From NCBI RefSeq assembly GCF_006345805.1, contig NC_042999.1, forward strand, positions 44,082,001 through 44,146,000: a stretch of 64,000 bases of DNA, given 5' to 3'. Numbering within the stretch: position 1 is the first letter of the stretch; the number at the start of each line of letters is the position of its first letter. Positions 52,711-64,000 of the stretch are shown here, one piece after another. The notes beneath the pieces are model-generated. The model saw only the letters and a program-made list of their open reading frames with translations, did no database searches and was not told the DNA's origin. Position numbers and translations under genes: made by a program. The DNA is from Octopus sinensis. Lineage: Eukaryota.

Positions 52711-54585
52711 TATAGAAAATTATAAGCCTTCATATTGACTATAGAAAATAGTGTAATATTAGGGCATATAAGCACCTGTAATAGGGGAAAAAAAACAGGT
52801 ATTGTACTAATACCCATATTAATAGGTTTTAGTAATTATCAAAAGCTTCATAGATCCTGATTAGATTGAAAATTAATTGTAACATGTACACAGTCTATTT
52901 GTAAGTAATATAGTCTCAAAAAGGACAAAATATAAATATTTCTTTGTAGTTTTTGAAAAAATTAAGAATTCAGGTGATATATTTCATGCATTGTTTGTCA
53001 TTGAACTGGAATGACCATAAACTGTTGTGTGTACACAGTGTTGTTATATCTTGATTACTTTACTGGCTATGATGACTAATATAGCACACTATAATTAGTT
53101 TGGCTAAAATAGATTGCTGTTTCACTCACTTTGCTTCAGTTATACGCTTTTATTTTCTTTGTGTTTAGTTTCTTATTATCTGCCCTCCTCCAGTTCCTCT
53201 TCCTGCTGAAACTAATATTTACGTTGATTAATTTCATAATAAATATTGTGTGTACATGCATTTCTCTGTGTGTGTGTGTGCTGTGTACATGGTTAGCTGT
53301 GTGTGTGTGTCTCTTCAGAACTCCAACATTAAATTAAACCTCTCTTGGTCAGTATTATATTTATATATTTATTGTATACATCTTCCACAACTTATCTGTA
53401 ATAGGTTGTTGTAGAGCAGAATATTTGACTCTTGCATTTCATTTGCCAATATGCATAAAGAAAATTCTCCTTTATTTCGTGTTACTATACAACTGTTTTA
53501 TTTCAAACTACTATTTCACCTTCTACAAATTATAGTAGCTATTTATAATGCACTTGACATAAGAGACATCTCTATTTCTAATGTCAGAGGTATTCAGCCA
53601 AGTCCTATCTTCTTCATTGCCACTGAAAGATATCATTATCAATCTTGATATAGTTTTCATTATCACATTCCAGAAAGTAGATAGTTCATTCTTTAAAATA
53701 ATTATTGCCTGTAACTTTTAGACACTATTGATAGGTTTAACTCTTTTGATATTAACATACCTGAGACTGCCCTTTGGTCCTATTGTACAAAATTCCTATT
53801 TTAACCCTTTCACTATCACATTTCTGCTGAAATATACTACCTTTGTTTCAATTTATTTTTTTAATAATTTAGAAAAATACGTCATTGTTAAAACTAGTAT
53901 TTGGAACATAAATTAACATGAAATTTTGATAAGTTTTAATCTAGAACATACTAAAACAGGAAGTTTTGTATCATAAATTATTTTGCTAAATTCTTCATTA
54001 TTTTTAAAAATTAATTGAAGCATGGGTAGTGTACTTCAGTAGAAAATATGTTAATGGAAGGATTAATATAGTGTAACAGTTTTATCAGGTAAACTCATTT
54101 AGCTTCTGAGTGTTTCCCTGATCAAACAAACCTGTGTTGAGAGGTATTCCAGTCATACCTACATTAAGTGCTCAAAACCCTTCTGATTGTATTTCTTTTT
54201 CCTAAGAGGAAAACCTTTTGTAAAAGCTCTACAGGACTTTCATTTTTTTATCTCCTTCAACCATTTGTTGGTTGTTATCATCATCATCATCATTATTATT
54301 ATTAGATTTGGTCTCACAGTACCTGCTCAACTAATGTATCAAATCAGGACTCATCTATAAAACAGCTTTTTTTTTTTTTTTACATCATAAGCTTTTTGCC
54401 GTGTATTCAATATCAGGTATAATTATAGAAATTGGGTTTGAATGTATATTTTGTTGTGTAACTTCAAAATGGTTTTTAAAAAATTATTCCATGTTCCATT
54501 TATCCTGTTTTATTTGTTTGTTTACTTAATGTTACATATATCTGAAGGTATAATGACTTGAATGAAATGACACGAAAATAAAGCA

Positions 54586-54628
<43 letters not shown>

Positions 54629-54980
54629 CTCATGCATACATATATATTCTATGATATTTTATCAGAGTGTAGATATGTTTTTTAGATGTGTAGATAAATT
54701 ATATATACGCACCATGTCACCATACATTGTGTCAATACCAGCTTATATAAAACTAATGGCCCTCTTGTACTGGTGTGAATAATTTAGGAATTAGTATATA
54801 TTTATTTTGATATATGAGATAATTCTGTTTTATACTATAGATTACTCTGAATAGTAGTAAAAAATAATCTCAGCATGACAACAAATAAATAATTGCTCTC
54901 TATTTCTGTATTGAGTACTTTTCTTATTTGTAAATTCAAATGTGCATATATAATTTATATTTATTTGTTTCTGTTTTCAG

Positions 54981-56547
54981 AAACTGGAAAATACCAATCA
55001 TTTATCAGCCTTTTCTCCTATTAAATTCTGGGGCCAAACTCCTCTTAGGCCAGGAAACCTATCCTCTAAAACACATTATGAATCCAGTGAAGAACATGTT
55101 CATGATGTAGGTGGTAGTAGTTTAAGTGACCAAGGTGACGAATCTGACTACAAATTGCAAACAAAGCTTGGTAAATCAACAGAAGAAAGCATGCCTGGAA
55201 AACCTAATGAAAACAACTCGGTGAGGAGATTCTGTGAAAAACAGACTAATGACTTGGTTTATGGCAAGCATGATGACTATATTTTGAGCATGAACAGAGA
55301 AAATATGTTTTTGGAAAAAGCACAACTTTATCAAGACAATGCTAACCCATTCAAAAAACTGGAAGACCATAACAATGTTGGCAAGAATATACTTTCAAAC
55401 TCTCCGCTACAGACTCAAAAGTTTTACAGTATTAAAGATCCGTCCAAAGTTGGAAATATTAACTCTTCAAATCAGCATTTTTATCAAATGGTCACTCTTG
55501 ACACTGATTGGTCTACAGATTCAACCCATGATGATAATAATACACCAAAATTTTCCACCTACAGTTTCAACAAGACCACTGATTCTGGTGTTATTGCTGA
55601 TATTAGCAACAACAATATACAGACTCAAAGTTGTAACTTTAGTGAAAATATTGATAAACCTTTACAGATTGAAACAATCAGTTCTACAGCTGATAAAATA
55701 TGTTTCACTCCAGAGAAAAACAGCATGGAACAATCATCAGGGAAAGAATTATCGACAGCATCTGACTCAGGGACTGACAAGTCCCCAGACATGTCTATAG
55801 CGACCACAACAACAGCATCAGAGAGCTGCAGCTCCTCACAAAAGTCTAAAAGAAAGATAAAAAAAGGCCACAAACCTGCTTTCTCCAGCTGCTCTTCTTG
55901 GTCTGGCGGAGATGCAGAAAATGCTGTTGAAAGTTCTTGTGATGCAAGTGGAGAAGAAAGTGGAGACAGTGATGGCTCAGATGAGTTTTCTACTGCCAGT
56001 GAAGACAGCCAGGATAACCTATATGAACGAGCCATGCATCCACATTCTCTTTGTAATGATAAAGTAGACTCTGCCAGAGTACCAGAGCATTCATCACTCC
56101 TTATTCAAAGAGAAGGAAGACGAAATAAAGAGAGGCCTTGGAGTGTTATTGAGCTTTATGAACAAAGCAATGGTCTTGACTTGAAACCATTTTTCATATC
56201 TGAAAGTGCTCTTGACCAGTTGCGTTCCCAGGAGGTATCAACTCCAACTAAAAATAATCAATCCTTTGATTACGCATCTGCTACATTTCCTAGATTAAAG
56301 AGGAAAGAAAATATTTTGAAATCCCTTCATGCAACGTCAGATGATGCCCTGTCTCATCCAGGTGTGAAACGTAAACTTGAAAATGACTTTCCAAAACTCT
56401 GCCAAATTCTGAGCAGCTTATCTCGAGAAAGCTTAATGGGACAAAGTTATCGTTCTGAGAGCGAATCTGAGACAAAAGAACTTGCACGCCAACTACAAAA
56501 CACAACCGTTTGTTCGGGTACAAGCGATACAGAATCTGAAAGTGGAG
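54981..56547 (+). CDS. Large Ser/Thr/acidic-rich internal exon (522 codons + 1 nt) of the same gene
   Basis: TTTCTGTTTTCAG acceptor (AG 54979-80). Frame open from KLENTNHLSAF through ...SDTESESG, which extends the listed ORF 55155-56582 by 58 codons. G|GTAAGT donor at 56548. Phase 0 start matches the upstream exon. Contains RPWSVIEL and PFFISESALDQL motifs. Confidence 0.85.
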
Positions 56548-56886
56548 GTAAGTTATTTTCAGTGTTTCTATGTATAATTTAAAAGTAATAATAATGAGCT
56601 TAGGTGCCTTACTATTTGGAAAAGGGTAAAAGAGGTAATAGAAATAGCAATAAGTCAAATGAAGAAAGACAACATTGGTAGCCCAAAAGTTCATGCATAG
56701 TAAATAAAACACAAGACAGAAAAATAAACAATGGAAAGCTAAAGAGGGTAAAGAATGCATAAGCATGCCAGGAGTAGTGTTAACAGTTACCAATTCCTCA
56801 AGCCGATGCTAGAATGCTAAAACAAAAAGTTATAAATCTAAGTGAAAAATAATAGTGTTTATACTCTTGTTTTTACTTATATATTA

Positions 56887-57187
56887 CTAGCAGTATCGCC
56901 CGGCGTTGCTCGAGTTTGTAAGGGAAATAACTATATAAGCATTTTAGAGAGTTACTTCCCTTATACAATAGCAAAAAAATGCATTAAAATGGGGAAAAAT
57001 GGTGGTAAATTTTTTTTTAAATCACAGACTCATCGTAGACGCGCGCTAATACCCAGAAGGGCTCAATATGAATCACGACTATAAGATACCCGCTTTTGGT
57101 TAAACTGCACCGCAAAATGTGGGAGTAGTTAGGAATCTAAATCATAGGAGACAGACACTCACACAACTTCACTTTTATATATAAAGA
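56887..57187 (-). mobile_element. Non-autonomous Helitron, 301 bp
   Basis: - strand A|TCTTTATATATAAAAGTG... 5' end; 3' end CTCGAGCAACGCCGGG hairpin + CGATACTG CTAG|T. Inserted in an AT dinucleotide with no TSD. Confidence 0.85.
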
Positions 57188-57592
57188 TTTTTATCAGTTA
57201 TTTTAGTTTTAATGGCTTTGCAAATGTTTATATTAGGTGTTGCAATATCTGTTTTATATTTGAATGTTCTTCAGGTTATTAACTCCAGGTCAGCCCTATT
57301 TCTGCAGCCTTATCATCAATGGTCACACCATTCTCCTTTCAAGCATTGTGTTTCTCAGATTATCATATATATCAGCGTACAGGATGGAATTTGAACTTTA
57401 AAAAAATCACCCCAAAACTAGAGGTTGCCTTACATACCCCGTATAAAATCTGAACCTTAACTTCCTGTGGTTTAGAGTAGCACCAATGTCAATGGAGAAC
57501 CGTGTAAAGCACTCACATAGACCCTGTGGTTCTACAGTGCAGCATTTTCTACTTGCACATATTGATGGAGAACACCATAAAACACTCACATA

Positions 57593-57755
57593 GGCGCAGG
57601 AGTGGCTGTGTGGTAAGTAGCTTGCTTACCAACCACATGGTTCCGGGTTCAGTCCCACTGCGTGGCATCTTGGGCAAGTGTCTTCTGCTATAGCCCCGGG
57701 CCAACCAATGCCTTGTGAGTGGATTTGGTAGACGGAAACTGAAAGAAGCCTGTCG

Positions 57756-57796
<41 letters not shown>

Positions 57797-58086
57797 ATGT
57801 GTGTGTGTATATGTTTATGTGTCTGTGCTTGTCCCCCTAGCATTGCTTGACAACCGATGCTGGTGTATTTATGTCCCCGTCACTTAGCGGTTCGGCAAAA
57901 GAGACCGATAGAATAAGTACTGGGCTTACAAAGAATAAGTCCTGGGGTCGATTTGCTCAACTAAAGGCGGTGCTCCAGGATGGCCGCAGTCAAATGACTG
58001 AAACAAGTAAAAGTATAGATCCAATGGTTCTCCAGGATGGCCGCAGTCAAATGACTGAAACAAGTAAAAGTATAGATCCAATGGTT
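57593..58086 (+). mobile_element. SINE family B with a 57-bp tandem duplication of its 3' end
   Basis: Full-length B; 57973-58029 is repeated exactly at 58030-58086. Confidence 0.9.
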
Positions 58087-59026
58087 CTACAACTCAGTAT
58101 TTTCTATTGATACTTACTTATATGTTTGGGAGGCTGCATTAATAGTAAGATTATATTAACATCTCAGCAAATTTAGTGGACAGACACCAGTCGCCATTTG
58201 CAACAACTGACAAACAGAAAATGTAAACAATCAGCCTGTTCAGCCAGGTCCCAGGGTCCATTGCCTTGTTAGAATGCTCTCTCATACAGGTAAATGGTGT
58301 TGTTATGGTATACTTGACACCATGCTAGTTCCTGTAAAATAACCGACGCCTAAGTGATGTCACTACAGTAGTGTTTACACCAGCCAGGTACATTTGAAAA
58401 GAACTGGATAAATTTTAAGCAACCAAAACTGCAGAATTGTTGCATACAAAGTTAACTGATTGAAACTTAGTTAAAATACCATTGAAACACAAAAGCAGAG
58501 GCTTCAGGGGCCGCTGGAGAAGCTACAGCTCATCCAAACTCCTTTAGATAATGAACCTTGCTCCTTCAGTGCTTAAGCTATTTTCCACAAAAACTTGGGG
58601 TAGTCTTATACAGCAAGTATAGCCCAAAATCCACTTTTTAAATGGAAATCCTGGGAGTCATCTTGTACACCCAGTCGTATTATATGCTGGCATATACAGT
58701 ATGTTCAAACTGGCCCACAGTTTTTAGTATGGGTAGGTATCATTTAAGGGAGATTTAGCTGCTAATTCTAACAGATTGAATAACCTCTTAAGGCTTCTGC
58801 ATTGGCTCATGTGTATACTAGTGTTCACTGTTATTTCCTGAATTTTCTCTCCCTCTCAGGATTATTTTTTATCCTGAGGCAATAAGAAGTAGGCATAAAT
58901 GGTAAAGAAGGGGGATTTATTTAGTTACTTTACAGGTTTTTAGCTTGGTGTGTCCTGTTATAGACTTTATAACTTGTTGAGCTTCATAAAATAATTATCA
59001 GCATTATGCTACTGTTGCCCAACCAG

Positions 59027-59451
59027 CTCTTTACTCTTTACTCTCTTACTCTTTTACTTGTTTCAGTCATTTGACTGCGGCCATGCTGGAGCACCGCCTT
59101 TAGTCGAGCAACTCGACCCCGGGACTTATTCTTTGTAAGCCCAGTACTTATTCTATCGGTCTCTTTTGCCGAACCGCTAAGTGACGGGGACGTAAACACA
59201 CCACCATCGGTTGTCAAGCAATGCTAGAGGGACAAACACAGACACACAAACATATACATACACATACATACATATATATACATATATACGACAGGCTTCT
59301 TTCAGTTTCCGTCTACCAAATCCACTCACAAGGCATTGGTTGGCCCAAGGCTATAGCAGAAGACACTTGCCCAAGATGCCACGCAGTGGGACTGAACCCA
59401 GAACCATGTGGTTGCTAGGCAAGCTACTTACCACACAGCCACTCCTGCGCC
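59027..59451 (-). mobile_element. SINE family B
   Basis: Full-length reverse complement with (CTCTTTA)n tail. Confidence 0.9.
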
Positions 59452-59717
59452 TATATAAACTCTTTACAAATGTTGTTGAATGAGGAGGAGAAGGGGCTGC
59501 TATGAAAGAAATCTACTGTTTCTCTGATCCTATTGTTTTAATAATACCAAATGTTAATATCCCCTCCTCTCATTCTAGCTTTGTATGTTAGGAAATTTTT
59601 TTTATTTTAACCATTTTGCGACCATGTTCATTATGAAATTCACCGTCCACAAGTTTCAATTATTTTTTAATCCTTTTGATACTAACCCGTCCAAAACTGC
59701 CTTTGCTTCTGTTTTAA

Positions 59718-59900
59718 CCTTTTAGCAATTAATCTGGCCAAAATATTCTCCAAATCTTTTGTTCAAACTGACAATGTCATTCTAAAAATATACCAAACAC
59801 ATCATTGAAATCTCAAAGCTACAAGTTAATCTTTGATTAATTCAAAACAATGTGAATAAATAAGCAATGCATTTGACAAAGAAATCTGATGGCTAAAGGG
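59718..59900. mobile_element. Family D MITE nested at a TTAA inside a family E MITE
   Basis: TTAA|CCTTTTAGCA ... GCTAAAGGG|TTAA; family E sequence continues on both sides. Confidence 0.7.
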
Positions 59901-60045
59901 TTAAAGTATTCAAAATTAAACTTCTCGTTAAAATTTCACATTAATTTATGTTCTAAACAACAGCTAAATAATGAAGTTATTTTACTGTATTCGTCATTAT
60001 TTTCACAATAAATTGAAAGATAAGCAGTGTGCTTCAACAGGAATA

Positions 60046-60457
60046 TACTCTTTACTCTTTTACTTGTTTCAGTCATTTGACTGCGGCCATGCTGGAGCAC
60101 CGCCTTTAGTCGAGCAAATCGACTTATTCTTTGTAAGCCCAGTACTTATTCTATCGGTCTCTTTTGCCGAACTGCTAAGTGACGGGGACGTAAACACACA
60201 CCAGCATCGGTTGTCAAGTAATGCTAGGGGGACAAGCACAGACACACAAACATATACACACACACACTTATATATATATATATATACATATATACGACAG
60301 GCTTCTTTCAGTTTCCGTCTACCAAATCCACTCACAAGGCATTGGTCGGCCCGGGGCTATAGCAGAAGACACTTGCCCAAGGTGCCACGCAGTGGGACTG
60401 AACCCGGAACCATGTGGTTGGTAAGCAAGCTACTTACCACACAGCCACTCCTACGCC
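60046..60457 (-). mobile_element. SINE family B
   Basis: Full-length reverse complement with a short internal deletion. Confidence 0.9.
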
Positions 60458-61334
60458 TATATGTTAATTTTTTTTCATACTAGGACAGGTTGGGCAGGTC
60501 TGCTATCCAGCCATTCTATACAATCCAGAATCCAAGACCCAGTATAATTATTAATCACTACATTAATTATTACATTGTATTAAGTGACTAAACCTTTGCT
60601 CACACATTATTTCTTTGTATTCTGGTTGCAAAGCATGTGTATGCACACAACTTAGAGGTAATAGCGAATTACTAAGCTTAATAGGGTATCGATTTCAATC
60701 ATGTACTTCTTACTATGTTATCATAATTAATTTAGGAATTCAAGTTTGACAAAAGGCTAAATTTACTTTGGCAAGATTCAAATCCACAATTGATAGCTAC
60801 CAGAAAAAATAAATAAATTATGCAACCCAAACTGACATTCTCCTGTTGCCTCATTCATTGTCCTAACTTCAGGCATTCAGTTACATATTCATTCTGCATT
60901 TTTTTCTTAACCAGGAGCAATTCATTTATTTCTATTATCTGCATATCATTCCTAAGACTATGGCTTAAAATATATTATTCATGATGATGAACGACTGAAG
61001 GTAGCTTGAATCTGTTTCAAAAGAATCAAATAAGTAATATATAAGCTTGAACAAAAGATTAATTTATTCTTTAAATCTTAGAATAGTTCAGTAAAATAGA
61101 AACTTGCAATACTTAGATGCTGACCTTAAAAAGTATTGTTCTTTGAATCATTTGTGTTTCTTTGTTCATAGATTGTGCTTGGCCTCTAAAGAAAAATTAG
61201 GTTAGTTTTATGTAAGTCATTTAACTATTTAAAATAGCAGTAGAACAAATCTTTCTCCAAATGATACTGTAAATGCTGAGAGCAGGGCATCATATTTTGT
61301 TGTTTAAAACAATATACTGCCCCCCTCTCTCTTC

Positions 61335-61373
<39 letters not shown>

Positions 61374-64000
61374 CAGTGCCATGCTTACGGGCATTAGCAA
61401 TCATGGACCTCTATGCTAAAGTCTGAAGATATGTGATTTTTCTTCCAAAGGATATCGCAGTAGTTTCCTGTAGCTTTCTGCTGGTCTTGTTTATAACTTA
61501 CTCTGCTATCTCCTGCTATCTCAGCCTTACCCTCGAGACTAGGGCTTATTTAATGCTTAGGGAGAGGGATTGTTTCACTTGACATCAGGACATGCCTACA
61601 CACCAGTGAGCCTGGGTAACATATGTCTTCGGGTCAACCCTTCTCCAAGTCTTGTACACCTTAGCCACAAAATCATCTTGTGCTATTTGACCCATAACTA
61701 GATCCCATACTATAGTGGATCTGAGAGTAGTGGTGACTAAAGGGTAACTCTATTCTCTCTAAAATTCTTGAACCCCTGATGTGTTAGATAATAAAAATAG
61801 AACTCCTGATATAACTATGATAGGTTTCAGCCCCAGGCCATGTCTGAAAAAAAAAACTGAAGCATGATATAGTTGCCCATTATGCTCTGTAAAGTGGTTG
61901 ACATTAGGAAGGGCATCCAGTCATGCAAACTATGTCTAAACAGACAATTGGTGCCTCATGTAGTTCTCCAGCTGGCCAGCTCCTATCAAACCATCCAACC
62001 CATGCCAACATGGAAAATGAACATTAAATGATGAAGATGGGAAACTGATTTGTAGTGATTGTACAGTCAACATAGTATTTTGATATTTTTTATATTTAAA
62101 ACATATCTGATTTTGAATTTTGCTAGAGTCAAATTTTAGCCCTTAAAATCCATAAACTATTGAACTGAACTCTCAAATCAATAAGAAAAAGAAATGACTA
62201 ATTGAGAAAACTGAACTTTGTAGGTTTCATTTAGTGTCTGTAGGTCTGTTTCATCTTTATTGAGCTACACTGTACAACATCAACAATCCCTCTGGTGCAG
62301 GATTTATTTTACCAACAAAATTACACAGGCATCTGTGTTAAATTCATGCTTGATACATGCCAGCATGGAAACCTAGCATAAAATGATGGCAGTGATGGTA
62401 ATGATGATAACCCACTCCTATATGCATATTAGCATCCCATTCATATCTGCTTTGTGACTTCAACAAGTCTAGTTAACAATAGATTCACTGTTCACTTCTT
62501 AAACCACTCCTCATTCCTTCCTCCTAAAACCCCTGGTTAAATACTATCATAGGAACATACGGATTTACACACGTCATTAAAACTGGTCATTGATGAAATT
62601 TAATTGCGACAAATGTTGATGTTCAGAGGGGAGGAGTGTATCAACATTACAGAACAGCTATTGTCTATGGTGCTTGCTTTCCAACTCTCCTTAATATAAT
62701 TTGGAAATGTTCAGCTTCTGCAACAGGATAATGGTGATTACTTGTCATTGTTACTATAGCAACCACTAGCACTACTCCTTTTATCACTTTCTCGGTTTAA
62801 TATCATATTTAGTTGGAAGTTACACTGGTCATCTTCGCTACTGTTACATTCATAAACAATACTGTTTTCTGGCTCTCAGAGAAGTAGCATTACAAGACTT
62901 GATTTAGCTTTATATTCCATTGTTGTCCTTTCTTTTTGTGTGTTTTGACAATGCCTGAAACAAAAGATATCACTGATTTATATTTCACATTTGGTAGGTT
63001 CATTTTAATGTTTCCCCTTTCACCGTTATTTTAGTTGTTAGTATTGTTTTGGTTTTGTAGCCGTCATAGCATTTAACATTTTTGTCTAATAATTTTCTTC
63101 TTAGTGTCATTGTTGTATACTGAAGCCTGCCAAACAGATGTAGCACTTTCAGTAACTGCCCTATTCACACTGACATGAAACATGATTGTATGGTTTAAAC
63201 ATTTTTGTCGGGTTGCATCAATATTACAAATATGGGAAGGAAATTCTCATCTCTATCTTCAGTCTTCATCATCATCATTACTCTGTTTGACATCTATTTT
63301 TCATGGTTTGGTGTAGTAGATCAGTTTTTCTAATCTAGTTGGTAACTCCCTCTTGGTGTGGGGTCTTGTGAGCACACAGGAGGCCAGCCTATGTTAAGGT
63401 TGCACTATAGAAGGTGCTAGGTGTTTAGAAGAGTCATGTTTTTTTGGGTTTTTTTCAGGATTTAAGTTTATAACCACTCTCCTTCACATTTACCCTCTTG
63501 TACCTTGAGAGTACATCCTGACACCTCATCACCATCATCATTTTCTCCCCTTTTCCAGCTGGGGTAGCCATGTATCTTCTCTACAGCAAGACACCTGTTC
63601 CTAACCCTCTGGCATACTCTTACCTCTCAACATAAACTACTTCCCTGAATACTACATTCCCCTCAAACAAGGGGTCATGTCTTGCAAGTTATTTGATGAT
63701 TACACTCATGCTGATGACATATTAAAGGCACCCAGTACTTTCCGTAAAGTACTTGGCATTAAGAAGGGCATCTGACTGTAGAAACCATGTCAAAGCAGAC
63801 ACTGGAACTCAACACAGTCCTGTGACCTGTCAGATCGTGTCAAAGCATCCAACCCATGCCAACATGGAATACAGACACTAACTAATGATGATGGTTTTTC
63901 AGGATTAGAATATGAGTTCGACCTTATTATTGGTGTACAGAAACATAATTGGTTGTACACTGAAGTGTACAACATAACTAGTTGTACACTAACTAACTCT

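Noticed and set aside
55625-56035. - strand ORFs overlapping the large exon
   Set aside because: Antisense shadows of the real coding exon.
57973-58086. Direct repeats superficially like a CRISPR repeat
   Set aside because: Only two adjacent units, no spacer, eukaryotic SINE context.
59971-60483. 170-aa ORF and recurring ORFs ending VGLNPEPCGW / KLLTTQPLL
   Set aside because: Chance open frames in SINE-B copies, recurring wherever the SINE occurs.
63952-63990. GTTGTACAC-TGAA-GTGTACAAC hairpin with repeated TGTACA sites
   Set aside because: Short and cut off by the window end; cannot be interpreted.

Overview
AT-rich, repeat-dense eukaryotic genomic DNA. The SINE/MITE/microsatellite content resembles octopus (coleoid cephalopod); this is inferred from recognition and was not searched. 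No rRNA, tRNA gene or CRISPR array is seen. The window carries part of one + strand gene with very long introns: a 228-nt exon (21900-22127; ...LEKRWHTIWLQSLEWQCRLEQ..., resembling a klarsicht/AKAP6-type spectrin-like helix) and a 1567-nt Ser/Thr-rich exon (54981-56547), joined in phase 0. There is also a candidate 42-nt micro-exon and a candidate internal first exon. The rest is transposon debris: a 5'-truncated, frameshifted CR1/L2-group LINE inside a ~5.8-kb TA/TG array region, three more LINE 3' fragments, four SINE families, hAT, Tc1/mariner and piggyBac-like MITEs, a mariner transposase fragment and a non-autonomous Helitron. The most notable hidden signal is four minimal type-I hammerhead-ribozyme folds with non-canonical cores in Penelope-like repeats. 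Two identical CUGUCGA-core copies lie 289 nt apart on the - strand, one decayed copy is on the + strand, and an unrelated G3:C8-swapped (GUGAACA) hammerhead sits in a TSD-flanked 204-bp element. The LINE and the commonest SINE also share a 3' end whose stem-loop shows compensatory base changes.
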